NCBI GenBank assembly: GCA_964016885.1
Contig: OZ024742.1
Location: 134,044,001 to 134,108,000 of the forward strand
Length of the DNA stretch: 64,000 bases
Source of the DNA: Eledone cirrhosa
Taxonomy: Eukaryota
Reading direction: 5' to 3'
Below, in pieces: positions 32,606-47,100 of the stretch. A model generated the notes under the pieces. The model had not been told where the DNA came from. It did no database searches and saw only the letters and a list, made by a program, of their open reading frames with translations. A program made the translations under genes and the position numbers. Position 1 is the first letter of the stretch; each line of letters begins with the position of its first letter.

Positions 32606-32999
32606 AATTGTTTCTACGTTTGGCACAAGGCCCGCAATTATCCCAGTGCATTACTGGTTCCTTATTTTATCGACCCCCGTAAGGATGAAAAGCAAATTTA
32701 ATCTCGACGGGGTTTGAACTCAGACCGGAAAGCGACATAACTGTTTGCTGGAAAGCATGGTCTCTGACTCTCTACCGATACTGCCAATACACCAATGATG
32801 ATTATGATAATTGTTTCTACTTTTGGCACAAGGCCAGCAATTATCCCAGTGTATTACTGGTAATTTATTTTATCGATCCAGTAAGGATGAAAGGCAAAGT
32901 TAACCTCGCTGGGATTTGAACTCAGACCATAAAAGGGCGGTAACTCTTTGCTGCAATGCATAGCGTCAGACCCTTTAACGATACTGCAAATCCACCACC
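32606..32999 (-). mobile_element. Two tandem Nin-domain SINEs
   Basis: Copies at 32606-32792 and 32808-32999 match 23505-23691. Confidence 0.88.
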
Positions 33000-33372
33000 T
33001 GATAATGATATTAATTAGGGTGATACTAATGTAAATGCCGATGATAATGAAGGCAATGATGATGGCGATAATAATGACTGCGTACTGCAGTTGCTGCTGC
33101 TGATGATGATGAATGATGACGATGATCGATGCTAATGATGATGATGAATGATGACGTTAATTGATGCTAATGATGATGATGATAAATGAGGACGGTAATA
33201 GATGCTGCTGATGATGCCCATTTTTAATTATCTCTCCAGATAGAATGAAACGAAAAATAAAACAAATTCGAAAAATACAGTAAGGAATAATTAAAAAAAA
33301 ATAATATATATTTGCGAAATACGTGGAAGAAGAGTGGCGATAAACATAACATTCATTACTATTATTATTATT

Positions 33373-34305
33373 AACTTCCACTCTCGAGTTTTATAGAGGA
33401 TTAGTGGTGGGCAAGTGCGATGACGCACTCGGAGAAGCTTTGGGCCTCGACGAAGTCGAACTGACCAGTCTGTACCGGAGGACTTTTGAGCCGGGGACGA
33501 TGGACAATTTCCAGAAATCCCTCGCTTGGCAGTGCTACCGGGGGGCACTGCCGGTTCGGGATAAACTCTACAGGCACGGAAGTGCTGTCAGACGGACCTG
33601 CCCAAGATGCGCACAGAACGACGAAACCGTTCTGCACGCACTTGTCCAATGTCCGTGCATTACTGACTTGTGGAGTTATGTCGAACAGCTACTGTCGCGT
33701 GTGGAACGAATCCAGTTATCGGCCGAGTCCATAGTGAAGATCGAGCCGCCACCTTCCTTAGGTCAGGAAGAGCAGGACATTTTCCTCTGTCTGGTGGCAG
33801 TTGCGAAAGAGATTATATGGTGGACCAGGTTGAAAGGACTAAAGACAGACACTTTTCTCTTCGGCCAATCCCTCATCAACTTCTTCAAGTTTCACCTGGA
33901 AAGGAGGGTGGGGGTGGAGAGAGAAGTGCTGCCCCCCAGTACATTTGCTAAAAGGTGGGTGAATGTGGCAAGAATGGCTCGTGTGAATGGGCCTACTCTG
34001 ACCATGCGCCTATAGGCTGGCTAACTTGAGGAGAGGGGTTCTCTCCTGGGTGCCCTAGAAGCGCAGGGTGGTTCAGGATTGGTGGGGTACCCGAATCACC
34101 CCAGGGTCCTCCAACCCCTATCGGGGAATTTATTTTGTTATATTTTGCATAGTTTATTTTATATTTTATATTTTCATTGTTAAATTAGTTTTGCCTTCGT
34201 GCACTTTTACTCAACCTTATTGTAAACCCCCACTGTCCCTGTCTTTGTATTGTCCCCTACATGTCGGCCCTTGTGGCTAATAAATGAAATCATTATTATT
34301 ATTAT
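33373..34305 (+). mobile_element. L1/Tx1-clade LINE 3' fragment (zf-RVT domain + 3' UTR)
   Basis: SLAWQCYRGALPV...CPRC..DETVLHALVQC. (ATT)n on both sides. Confidence 0.9.
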
Positions 34306-34324
34306 TATTTTTATTTTCTTTCAT

Positions 34325-35160
34325 TATTGTTTCTGAGATATATGCCGAGTGTCTTCCTGACACCTAGGGCAAATAAATTCCCAGTGTGCATTGGTAAGTC
34401 AGTTAATACAGCACATTGATTATAGTTAGAAAAAAAACAGTATACATATATACACATGTGCATATGCATATGTAAATACAAGAAGGGATATCAATCTTAC
34501 AGAGATAGAGCTCTTCTCAATACGTGTGCAGTACCAGTCAAAACAATTTTTTGCAGCTCGTGCAGAGAGGGTAAACCAGGAATCATTCGCAAATATTGTT
34601 CTGTTCCTTTCTTGATCATTCCCAGTCCTCCCACAATCACTGGTATTTAATGGCCTTAAGGTGCCACATTTTCTCAACTTGAATAAGCAGATCTTTATAT
34701 TTTCGTAGCTTGTCAAATTCTTTATCACAATATTGTGATCACATGGGATGCTCATATCTATCAATAAACAGACCTTGTTATGTTGATATTTTACAATGAT
34801 GTCAGGTCTATTTGTTTTTATGGTCCTGCCAGTATGTACAGGAAAGTCCCAGCGAATGGTTACTTCTTCTCCTTTAGTTACAGCCTCAGGGTGATGATTG
34901 TACCACTTGTCTTCAGCTTTGATTTTGTAATGACGACATATTACCCAGTGTAGATATTGGCCAACTGTGTCATGTCTATATTTGTATTCTACTGGTGCTA
35001 AAACTTTACATCCAGAGACTAAGTGATCCATTGTTTCAACCTCAGCATTGCAGAATCGGCATTTGGGTTTATTCCGTTTCTCATCACATTGGCCTGGTAA
35101 TTACGAGTCAATAAGCTTTGATCTTGGGCAGCTAAGATGAAGCCTTCACTCTCCGTCTTT
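34325..35160 (-). mobile_element. R4/Dong-clade non-LTR element 3' fragment (CCHC + restriction-like endonuclease)
   Basis: GFILAAQDQ, CRFC..ETMDHLVSGC, YKYRHD, WDF, NRPDII..LIDMSIP. Confidence 0.9.
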
Positions 35161-35217
35161 TATCATTATTACTATTATTATTATTATTATTATTATCATT
35201 ATTATTATTATTATTAT

Positions 35218-36350
35218 GGCGCTGGATTGGCAGTATTGGTAGAGGGTCGGACGCTATGCTTTGACGCATAGAGTTACGGCCCTTGGCATTCTGAGTTCGA
35301 ACGGGCCTTTCCGCAACTCGTTTCTTTGACTGAGCTGCAGTTTTGGGTCAAAAAGAGACCGAGACTGGGTGACTGGCACCTGGAATGTTGCCAGGCACTC
35401 ACTGCTCTCTACCAAGTGGGCAAAGCGATCTGTGGAACTTCCACTCTAGAGTTCTATAGATGATTAGTAGTGGCAAGTGCGATGACGCACTCGGAGAAGA
35501 TTTGGGCCTCGACGAAGTCGAACTGACCAGTCTGTACCGGAGGACTTTCGAGCCCGTGACGATGGACAATTTCCAGAAATCACTCGCTTGGCAGTGCTAC
35601 CGGGGAGCAGTGCCGTTTCGGGATAAACTGTACAGGCATGGAAGTGCTGTTAGACGGACCTGCCCAAGATTCGCACAGAACAATTTCCGTGCATTACTGA
35701 CTTGTGGAGTTATATCGAACAGCTACTGTCGCGTGTAGAACAAATCCGGCTATCGGCCGAATCTTTAGTGAAGATCGACCCGCTGCCTTCCTTCGGTCAG
35801 GAAGAGCAGGGAATGTTCCTTTCTCTGGTGGCATTTGCGAAAGAGGTTATATGGTTGACCAGATTAAAAGTATTGAAGACAGACACTTTTCACTTCGACC
35901 AATACTTCATCAACTTTTTCAAGTTTCACCTGGAAAGGAAGGTGATGGTGGAGAGAGAAGTGTTGGCCCCCGGTACATTTGCTAAAAGGTGGATTAATGT
36001 GGCGAGAATGGCCCGTGTGATTGGGCCTACTCTGACCATGCGCCTATCGTCTAGCTACCTTGAGGAGAGGGGTGCTCTCTCTGGGTGCCCTAGAAGCGCA
36101 GGGTGGTTCAGGATTGGTGAGGTACCCGAGTCACCCCAAGGTCGTCCACCCACTATCGGGGAATTTATTTTGTTATATTTATGAATAGTTTATTTTATAT
36201 TTGTATATCTTCATTGTTAAATTAGTCTTGCCATCGTGCACTTTTACTCGACCTTATTGTAAACCCACTTTCTCTCTCTTTGTACTGTCCCCTACATGTC
36301 GGCTCTTGTGGCTAATAAATGAAATTATTATTATTATTATTATTATTATT
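35218..36350 (+). mobile_element. Chimera: SINE tRNA head (35218-35301) joined to a Tx1 LINE 3' part
   Basis: SINE sequence stops inside the B box (GAGTTCGAA), followed at once by AFPQLVSLTELQ...zf-RVT and 3' UTR. Confidence 0.85.
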
Positions 36351-39300
36351 GGAGACCTACGTAGGAAATCGTATCATCGTGACATCCTCAAAGGGTTGTT
36401 GTTTTCGTTTGTTTAAAATTGCCATTTATGGAACATATTTTTTGTTAACTGTTTATAACGTCACAAAATATTCTTTCGGAAAAGGACACTCAAAAAGATT
36501 AGGGCCTTGAGCCCGAAATTATAACTTTTATAATTATCAAACAAAAAATTTCTGTAAAAAATCATGGACGATTCACAGCTAAACCAAGCAGCTGAGAGCC
36601 TTCCTCACTAACTAACATCTCACACCAACACCACCATTGTAAATATTACTAGGTTTGCAAACACAAAACATATAAGCAGTAGCAATAATTTAAATTTGTT
36701 TCATGCAGACATTCATTTCCCGCCATTACCAATGACTGCAGGGGTTGAAGCCGCCACTACTACCAACACCACAGCGACAACAGAAACATAAGAAAAAAAA
36801 TAAATTATCTCGTGACATCGAAATGGATTCAAACGGAATGGACTTTTCCACACCGAACACTTCTGACGCCACCACCACCACAACTGAAACTAAAAATAAC
36901 AATAACAAAATTAACAATAACAACAACAGCAACAACAACAATGATAATAACAACACCGTAATCAGCCAAAAAATGCGAAACAATCGAGGTAACTCAGGAG
37001 GAATTAGATGAAGCCAAGAGAATGGTAAAGGAAGATGGGTACAGGGTCATCCCCCCCATCAAATTAAATGGAGCATCGGCGCCTATGACTTATCTGACGA
37101 TTAACATAAAATCGCGCCGAGTGGAACGGGCATCCGAGTCCCAAATCCCAAAAGTTTTGAGACATGTGTGGGCAAAGAAAACGCACATCAGACGTGGGCA
37201 GAAATATGGAACCGTGGACATGTTCTTTGGAACACCACAGGAGGACAGAGAGCACTCCATGGACCCATTCAGAACCGACGACTTCACACTCGTCCCAAGC
37301 TATTGTGGCCAGAGACTGGTAAAGATCAGGGTGACCCACGTTCCACCGGCCATCGAAATTCCCTGGCTAATGGCTGCCGTCCTCGCCGGCAGCGAGGCCA
37401 ACACCCAAATAATAGAAATAGCAGAAGAAAAACAGGAGAACTGGTCCGGATCTGGGATGGAGGTCCTGATCCAAGCGGACCAAGAAAGTATTGAGGAGAT
37501 CCCAGAGGTAATAGACTTCATTGACGGCAGCAATCTCACCGTAATCGTCGAGGTTAGAAAGCACAGGCTAAAAAGTTGAAGTCACCTCTCTTACCCACCC
37601 CGGTGACTCAACCATCAACACCATGGCAGCAACAACTGTAGCAGCAACAACAGAAGCAACTGTAGCTGCAACATGCCCAGAAATCCAACGCCACCACCAC
37701 CCAACGCGACAGAACTAGCACCAGCGCCTACACAATCCACCACGCCACAACCAAAACCAACGCCTGTGGAGGATTTTCCACTCCGCGACCTATCGCAACT
37801 GGAGACAGATTCTGACGACGAGGAGTGGGAAACGGTATCAGGAAAAAAAGAAAAAAAGAAAAAAAGAAAAAAAGAAAAAAAGAAAAAGAAGCCAAAAAAG
37901 AAAAAAATTCTCTTCCTTCCCCCTCCAAAAACAAAATACAGAAGGAAACAAATAAACTATCAAAAAAACAAGTTAGGACATCTATGCCACCATCCACACC
38001 AACATCACCAACACCATCACCACAAACACCAACACCATCACCGTGATTAACCCCAACACCACCATCACCAACACCACAAAAGTCACCAAATAGCGAAACA
38101 GAAACAAACCCACAACAAACGCAAACAAAACAAAACAACCAAAACGATACACACTACACAACATTAACTTTGAACAACAACCAACTATTAAACTACATGC
38201 AACACAACACCAGCATCACAAAAAAGACTACACAACACCCCCAAAATTTCACACCACCTCCACACATACAAATCACTCGCACCACACAGAAAACGTACAC
38301 GACTCTAAAACAAAAATTCCCCAAAGACATCGGAGACTTCCGAGAAGCACTCACCAGGAGAATTTATGAGGACAGCCTTCCGGAGGAGACCACAAGCACT
38401 GAAAACAATGGAGAAACCACCCTTCCTCTACGAGAAGTAAGGTAAGTGATCTTTCCGATCTTTTCCACTCCATTTCAACATGACCTCACTCAGAATAGGC
38501 AGCATAAATGTGCGTAGCATGTGGTCGTCATGGAAGCAGGGCCACGTGCTCAACGACCTCAGGTCACTAAACATAGATGTAGAGGCCATCAGCGAAACCA
38601 GAATCTCCGAAGCACGGGCCTTCGCACCGATCTTCGGCGGCTACGATGTGTACGCATCTCCCAACCGTCTTGAATCGGGGGGAGGCGTTGCTGTGCTTTT
38701 TCGGAGAGGTTTGGATCTCGCCATACGGGCCATCTTCCTGGACCCAGAAAGTAAATTGGTGGTGCTGGACGTGACCAGCGGAGACAAGCAAGCTTTCAGG
38801 CTAGTGGCTGTCTATCCCCGACAGGAGCAGGGCGGCCTGATTTCTTCCGGCTTTGGAGACCTTTCTTGGAACGCCCCGATATTTAGTGTTAGTGGGCGAC
38901 TGGAACGGGATCTTAGATGCAGGTTGGGACTGTGTGGGATTAGCGGATAAGGGAGGAGGGTCCAAGAGCCTCACCAACCTGCTCAGGCGTTTTGAACTGT
39001 GTGACATGTGCCAATTGGATTTTCAGAAAGTGCCAATGTGGACTTGGACAAACCCATTGGGTCGTCCACATCATATCTAGATAGAGCATCTTGTAGAGAA
39101 ATAGATAGGTCTAGCATAGGCTGTCCACCATTCAAGATAGTCAGATACACGGACCACAAATTCGTGATCTGTGTGCTTGATTTAGATAGGCTTCATAGAC
39201 GAGGACCCGGCTACTGGAAGCTAAACGCGTCCTTATCAGCGCGCAAGACCTACATAGAACGGATTAGCGAACTAGTTAAGCAGGCGCTGAAGGGGCCATC

Positions 39301-42030
39301 GTAAACAACAAGTGGTGGTTTGCTCTGAAAACAGCGCTTAGAATAGAGTCCATTAGGTTTAGTAAGGCTTTAGCAATAGAGAAAAATAGAGCAGAGGGAG
39401 AACTAGTTAGAAAATTAGACGAGGCGCTTAGTAAAGGCATCGCGACCGACTTACTTGCGGCGAAATTGGCCTTTGACCAATTCTTCAATGCAAAGCACGA
39501 AGGCTGCGTTGTCAGAGCTAGGGTGCGTGCTCGCAGACACGAGGGGACGAAAGCCGTTAAATGGGCCCGAGTAGCGGAGGCGCGTCGTGGCAACAAAGAC
39601 ACGATCCGGTCTTTGGTGGACCACGACGGGCGCATGCTACTCGATCGCGGATAAATGTGTGAAGCTTTTCAGCGACACTTCGCTCAGCTGTTCTGGGGCA
39701 GCGGCGGGCCGGATCGAGGGATGGATTTTAATGTCTACCTCGACAGACTGCCGCGGCTCTCCGGCACTGAGGCGCAATGTTGCAAAAAGTCGATAACAGC
39801 CGCTGAAGTACGGGAGGCAATGAATGGCTGCACAAGGGGTAAATCGTCTTGTTTGGATGGTCTGTCCTATGAACTTTACGTACAGATTCCAGACTTGTTC
39901 GGAGGCCTCTTGGCCGACGTCTACTGCAACTGGCAACAGAGCGGGAAAATTCCCAAATATGTAAACCTAGGAGCGGGGGCGCTGCTGAGAAAGGATCCGA
40001 ACATGGGGGATAATATAGATAATTTCATGCCCATAACTCTGCTAAACACAGAGTTCAAGATTTTGGCCAAAGTGCTAGCATAGAGGTTGGAGCTTGACAT
40101 GCGCCATTCCCGACAGATCCATCCACGACAACCTCCACCTCGTGCGATACATCGTGGAGAGGGTAGCTAGGGAATCTAGCACGGGTGGGTCCTTTATCAC
40201 TTTAGATCAATTTCGAAAGCTTTCGATAGGGTCGACCACCGTTACCTAGCGGCAGTCCTGAGGGCGGCTCGCTTTGGGCCCGTCTTCAGAGGCTGGATCG
40301 CTACCATGCACAGCGACATCTTCTCTGTGGTGAGTGTGAACGGTCACCTTTCGGAACCGTTCAACATCATGCGCCCGGTCCGCCAACGATGTCCACTCTT
40401 ATCTCTCTTGTACGTATTGACTCTCGAGCCATAATTGCACGAACTGGAGACGTTGAGCGGGATCCCGCGCTTACTAGGATGCGGAAGATCCATGTCAGCA
40501 TAAGCGGACGATATCACCCTAGTGGTGTCGAAACGCCAAAAAACATGGAGGCGATCGGCACTACACTAAGAGAATACGAAGCGGTGACAGGAACAGTGAT
40601 CAACCAGGAAACGTCAGTGGGCCTGCAGCTCGGCACCTGGAGAGGCAGGTCCATGCCGTCCAACAACGTCGACGCGCGCTGGACGACGGACAGGTTAGAT
40701 TGCTAGGGGTCTGGTTGGGTCGCGACATCCAGACGTACAAAAGCTGGGTCGAGGTGACGAGCACGTTGGCTTCTCTCACCGAGAAATGGGCGGAGAGGAA
40801 GCTATCCCTGAAAGGTCGAGCGGAGGTGGCTAATGCGTACATCCGATGGTGAGGCGGTCCATCTGCTGTCAACACCCGCTACGTAGAGGACTGGTCATGC
40901 CGTGGCTGATGATGCGCTGACACGCGCCCAGGCTACGACATCTCCTCCTCTTCCTCGATGGTGATCAGGTGTGGTCACCGTTTGCTAGACGCGTCTTTCC
41001 CCAGCTCGTCTCCTTGACAGAGCTGCAGTCCTGCGTCAAGCGAAGACCGAGAGGGAGCGCTTGGAGACTGGAATGTATTCAGGCGTTCACATCCCTCGAC
41101 CAATCGGGCCATATGATCGGTGGAAACTCCACATTGGCGTTCTATAGAGGATTAGTGGAGGGGAAGAGCGACAACGTACTTGGGGAAATTCTAGGCGTCG
41201 ACGAAAATCAACTAGTCAATTTCTTCGGAAAAACTTTCGAGCCGGGGCCTATGGACAACTTCCAGAAATCCCTTGGCTGGCACTGCTACCGAGGAGCTTT
41301 GCCTGTTCGGGATAAACTCTACAGGCATGGAGGTGCCGCAGCCGAGCATGTCCGAGATGCGCGCAGGGCGACGGAACCGTCCTGCACGCACTCGTCCAGT
41401 GTCCGAGCATTGCTGACTTGTGGGTTTATGTCGGACACCTGCTGTCTCGTGTAGAAAGGATCCAGCTATCAGCTGAGTCCATCGTGGGGATTTCCCCGCC
41501 CTCTTCCTTTAGCGGGGAAGGGCAGGCAATTTTTATCTGTCTGGTGGCCATGGCGAAAGAGATAGTATGATGGACACGTTTGAAGGGCTGAAGACGAGCA
41601 CTTACTTCTTCGGTGATGCCCTGATTACCTTTTTCAAATTTCATTTGAAAAAGAAAATCAGGGTAGAGAGGGAAGTACTCCGTTCCCAGCATTTTGTTGA
41701 AGGATGGGTGAGAGAGGCAAGAATTTCACGAGTGAGTGGCTCTATTCTGAGTATGTGTCTGTACATTAAAGGGGGACAACTGGGAAGGGCACTTGCCCTG
41801 GTGGTCAGGGTCACTGTGGCTTGGTAATGGGCTTCTTCCACGAATGTCCCTCGGATGTCTCCCCCGTATTTGGGAATTTTTCATTGTTATTTTTTGTTAC
41901 ATCATCTGTTTTTTTTTGTTTTTTACACGCAGAAATGCCCATTTGTACCGTCCTGTATTGTCATGTACTGTCCTTAATGTCTACTTTATGTAAACCCTTA
42001 TGGTTAATAAATAAAGCATTATTAATATTA
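36351..42030 (+). mobile_element. Near full-length degenerate L1/Tx1-clade LINE (copy A)
   Basis: ORF1 remnant ~36823-38445. ORF2 38480-~41765 with APE (IGSINVR, SETR, GDWN, TDH), RT (PITLLNTEFKILAK, SKAFDRV) and zf-RVT. Many frameshifts. Confidence 0.92.
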
Positions 42031-42031
42031 T

Positions 42032-44102
42032 TGTTCCTTGAGTCTCAGTCATTGATGTTAGTTAACTGCATCCTCAGTTATTCAGGACGTACCGGAGGGT
42101 TCTTGCTGTTCCCAGCAAGCATTTCTTTTGAAGTGTTCCAAAAGCGGGGCGGCGCCAATTTTTTTAAACCATCCCTAGAAACTCTTTTAGATAGTACCTA
42201 GTGCGCCTATGACAACGGGACCACTTTGACTTCATGGCAGTTTCAAATCCTTTTTACCTCCCACTTTAAATCCTGGTATCGGTTAATTTTCTCCCTCTCC
42301 TTCTCTTGCACTCTCGTGTCGAATGGGCAGGCCACATCCACAATCAGGCACGATCTTTTTCCTTGTCCAAAACCACCAGGTCAGGTCTATTGTGTTCCAG
42401 TTTCTTGTCCGTCTGTATCCTAAAATCCCACAGCGACTTCACCTGATCGTTTTCTATCACCGACTCTGGCTTATGCTCATCCTACTTCTCAGAATGTGGT
42501 AAATTGTTTACTTTGCATAGGTGCCAGGGGAAAACCCTGTCCATCACATCATGTCTCCAGCCTTTATAGTGAGTCTGGGCTAGGTGTTTACACTCGGATA
42601 CAATGTGAGCCATACTCTCCTCTCTCTCTCCACAGATCCTGCACAGTGGGCTAGCCTCCTCCTTGTAAATATGGTGTTTCAGCCACTTCGTTTTGAGGGC
42701 ATGCTATTTCGCAGCCATTAGCATTCCTTCTGTAGCCTTTTTAAGGTCTCCTCTTTTCAACCAGTTCCATGTCTGTGGATCTCTAAATTCAGTTTTCTCA
42801 AAGAAGGTACTATGAAGGGATTTTTCATGAAGTCTGCTCTTTCTCCTTGTTGTTATTTCTTCCTTGGACATCCCCTGGTCTATTGTCCTCTCCTTCAGTA
42901 CAATTCTGAGCATTGGCTCCTTACTATCAGTCACGGATTTGTGTAGGTTGTTTTTATCCATCTGAACACAGTCCTCTATGCTGATAAGACCTCTTCCACC
43001 TTCAGATCTCCTTAAGTAGAGTCTATCGACATCACTCCTCCTGTGGAACATGTTGTAGATAGTCAATATCTTCCTACTCTTCCTATCCATTTCTTTTTGT
43101 CAGCAACATTCCATCTCGGAATCCCCGCAATGTACCTAATAATAGACACAGCTCGGAAATTTACTGCACTTATGGCATCCCTACTGTTCAGGTGAGACTT
43201 TAATACGCTCCTTACCCTCCGAATGTATTCAGATCTTATCAATTCCTTCATGTTTTTGTTATTGATCTCATCAGTCTCCAGAACAGTTAAATACTTGTAT
43301 CCTTCTTCTGTATCAATTTCCTTTATCATATCACCTGTTGGTACCTGGATTCCGTTGCTTCTGCTCAATTTACCCCTCTTCATCACAAGGACTCCACACT
43401 TACTAATACCAAATTGCATACATATATCATTGCTGAAAATACGAAGTGTCAACAAGCACATCCAACTCCTTCTCACTCTTCCCGAAGAGCTTAATATCGT
43501 CCATGAAGAGGAGGTGATTGATGGTAAGCTCTCCCTTTCCCAACTTGTATCGTGCTCTCACTTTTCGCAGTATAATGGTCAGGGGCATCAGGGCAAGGAC
43601 AAACCATAGAAGGGACCGACTATCTCCCTGGAAGATACCTCTCTTGATCTCCACGCCTCCCAAGGATTATCCGGCTGATGTTAACTCTGTTTTCTAGGAT
43701 TTCATACTTTTGCTCAACAACTGTCTGATGTTTTCTGCCACCTTGAAGATCTCTAGGCTTTTGGTGATCCAAAAAAGAGGCACCATGTCAAATGCCTTTT
43801 TATAGTCTATCCATCCCATGGCTAGACCAGTGTGTCCCCTCTTGCAATTCCTCATAACCATCTTATCAATAAGTAACTGGTCCTTTGTACCACGGGACTT
43901 CTTTCGGCATCATTTCTGTTCGTCCGGTAACAAGTTGTTTGTGTGGAGGTGATAGTAGATTTTCTCAGACACAATGCTTGTCAACATTTTCCAAATTATG
44001 GACAGACATGTGATAGGTCTATAGTTGGTAACATCATTACCCTTGATTCGGTCTTTCATTACCAGAACTGTGGTACCTTTTGTCAACCACTCTGGTAGAA
44101 GC
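42032..44102 (-). mobile_element. 5'-truncated R4/Dong-clade element (RT + RLE)
   Basis: [56 protein letters not shown] repeats at both ends. Confidence 0.92.
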
Positions 44103-44128
44103 ATTATTATTATCAATATTATTATTGT

Positions 44129-47100
44129 TGGTGAAGCCACGCTTCTTATCGCCTCCAGTTTTTTTCAACGTTTTACCTCGTTTTCAACCGTTCTAAACCT
44201 TTTATTCAAGTTTTAAAGTTGATAAAAGTTTAGAAGAGGTCACCCACCTAATGCAGGGGTTCAGTCGTAAATGATACGGCACCTGTTTACGGGATGTCGT
44301 ATTTGTGTAAAAATATTTTTTTGAAAAATTTCAACACGGATAACACAAGAAAGAGAGAGAGCTCTGTCAGACAACACAGAGAGAGGGATACTTTATCAGC
44401 GTGTCAACAAGACAGCGTTCCAGCGGAGGTAAATATAAACGAAAATATTACAAAGGAAAAGAAGATTGTTACAGATTTAAAATTAACAAATATTTCTAAC
44501 ACAAACAACAATAACACCAACAACAACACCAACAACAACACCATCAATAACAACAGCAACAACAAAAATAACAGCGGTAAAGTCGAGAACGACGATAACA
44601 AAAATAACAGCGGTAAGGTCGAGAACGACAATAACAATGACAATAACAACAGCCACAATAACAGTAACAACAGCAACAGTATCAACGAAAACAACAACAA
44701 CAATACCAACAACTGTACCAACGAAAACAAAAACAATGACACCGATACCTGTAATAACGATCTCAGCACCAGCAGTAAGACCTGTAGCGGCAGCAATAGT
44801 GGTGCTGCTGAAAAAGGGACCACTTCTTTTGCAGGTGTCGCCCGAAATATCGAGACAGTGTTAGTTACAGAGGAGGAGATGGCAGTCGCAAGGGCCATGG
44901 TGACAAGAAGCGCAAATAGAGTATCCCTGAAACCTCCACCCGATTTTTTCAATGACCAGCAGCTACGGACGGTGACTTACCGCACCGTAAGCAAAATCTC
45001 ACACCGCGTGGAGAGAGCCACGGAGGATTAAATCCAAAAGGCATTGGGGTGCGTCTGGGCACGCAAAACCCACATCACCCGAGGCAGAAAGTACGCCACA
45101 GTAGACGTACTTTTCGCCACCCCACAGGAAGCAAAGTCTCATTCGTTGGAAACCCTAAAGAGTGAAGAGATAGTCTTGGTGCCCTACTACTGCGGGCAAA
45201 TTGTGAGGGTCAAAGTGACCCAGGTCCCACCCGACGTGCCCATACCTTGGCTGGCCTTGTCTGTCCTTGCTGGAATCGAGAACAGGACGACCATGCTGTA
45301 AGTAGAACAAATGGGGAGAGAGAACTGGTCAGGTATAGGCATGCAAATGCTTATACAAACTGACCAGGAATGTATCGACGCTATCTCCGATATCATAGAC
45401 ATCGAGGAAGGACTCCAACTACCTATAAGTGTCGAAGGAAGATGGCCAAAATGTTATCTCTGTGGGTCGAAGGGTCACCTCGGGGCCTTTTGCCCGCAGA
45501 AGAGAGAGAAGAAGGCCCCTCTCCTTCCAATACCTGGCCCGCTGCTACCAAGAGCAGGGCAGGCAACACACGAAGAAGCCCCTTCAACGGTGAGTAGGAG
45601 GGCAACGACCGTAGCACCCGTACCAAGGCCACGGACAACTAAATCAGCATCATCAGAGGCGGCAACACCAATAGCTACATTTGAAGTAGCTACGCCAGCA
45701 ACAAAATTGCCGAAGAGAGCTCCACTACCACCACCGACAGCCATGGAGCACATACCCCTCCCAGACGCCACATAATCCGACATGGAGTTTGAGGCGGGAG
45801 TGAAGTAGCAAACGGTCTGCGACCAAAAACAAAACAAAATAAAAATCCCTTAGATTCACCCTCCAAAAGCGAAGGCATACAAAGAGGGGTAAAGGCAGCA
45901 AGGAAACTTGCAGCAACACCACCACCATCACCACGACAAGCACCACTGACAACAACAACCACACCACCATCATCATCACCAAAAACACCAACAACGCAAA
46001 CACGAGAAGACACACACACCAAACAGCAACAAGAAGAAAACAGCAACAAAATCACCTCTCCCCCCAAAAGATACACAGCCATAAACATGACAAAAAAAGA
46101 ACTCATACAATATATAAAGCAGCACACAGACATCACGAAAAAAACTACTACACTCCACCAACACCAAGAACTCTCCTGACAAATATAAGCATCATCGAAA
46201 TCTCAATAGAACAGTACAAATCTTTAAAACAAAAATTCTCCAACGCAGTTGGAGACTTCAGAGGGTCTGTTACCAAGAGGATATACACTGACATCCTCTT
46301 GGAAACACCCATTACTAGCGAAAGGGACGATCCTACTGTCCCTTCACCACACGATCAAGGTAAGTGACCCTTTCTCACTTGCCGCGTTTCTCATCCAACG
46401 TGGCCGTACTCAGAATAGGCAGTATAAAAGCACGTGGCCTGTGGTCATCTTGGAAGCAGGGTCACCTTCTCATCGACCTCAGGTCACTAAACATAGATGT
46501 GGTTGCCATCAGTGAAACCAGAATCTCTGAAGCACAAGCCTTCGCACCAATCTTTGGCGGCTACGATGTATACGCATCTCCCAGCTATCCAGGATCGGGG
46601 GGAGGGTTTGCCGGCCTTTTTCGGAGAGGCTTGGATCTCGCGATACGGGCCATCTTCCTAGAAGGTAAGTCGGTGGTGCTGGATGTTACCGGCTGCGAAG
46701 GCAATGCTTTCAGGCTAGTAGCCGTCTACGTCCCAGCAGAGGCAGGACGGCCAGATTTCTTCCGATGTCTAGAGACCTTTCTTGGAACGTCCCGCTTTTT
46801 AGCGTTAGTGGGCGACTGGAACGGTATCTTGGATGCACGCTGGGGTCGTGTGGGGCTAGTGGATAGGGGAGGAGGGTGCAAGAGCCTCACCAACCTGCTC
46901 AGACGTTTTGAACTGTCTGACAGGTATCGACTGGATCACCCGAATGTGCCAATGTGGACATGGACAAACCGCATAGAGTCATCCAGATCGTATCTCGATA
47001 GGGTATTCTGCAGAGAACTAGATAAGGCTAGTATAAGTTGTCCACAATTTAAAATAGTCGACTACACAGACGACACATTTGTGATCTGTGAGATCGACAT

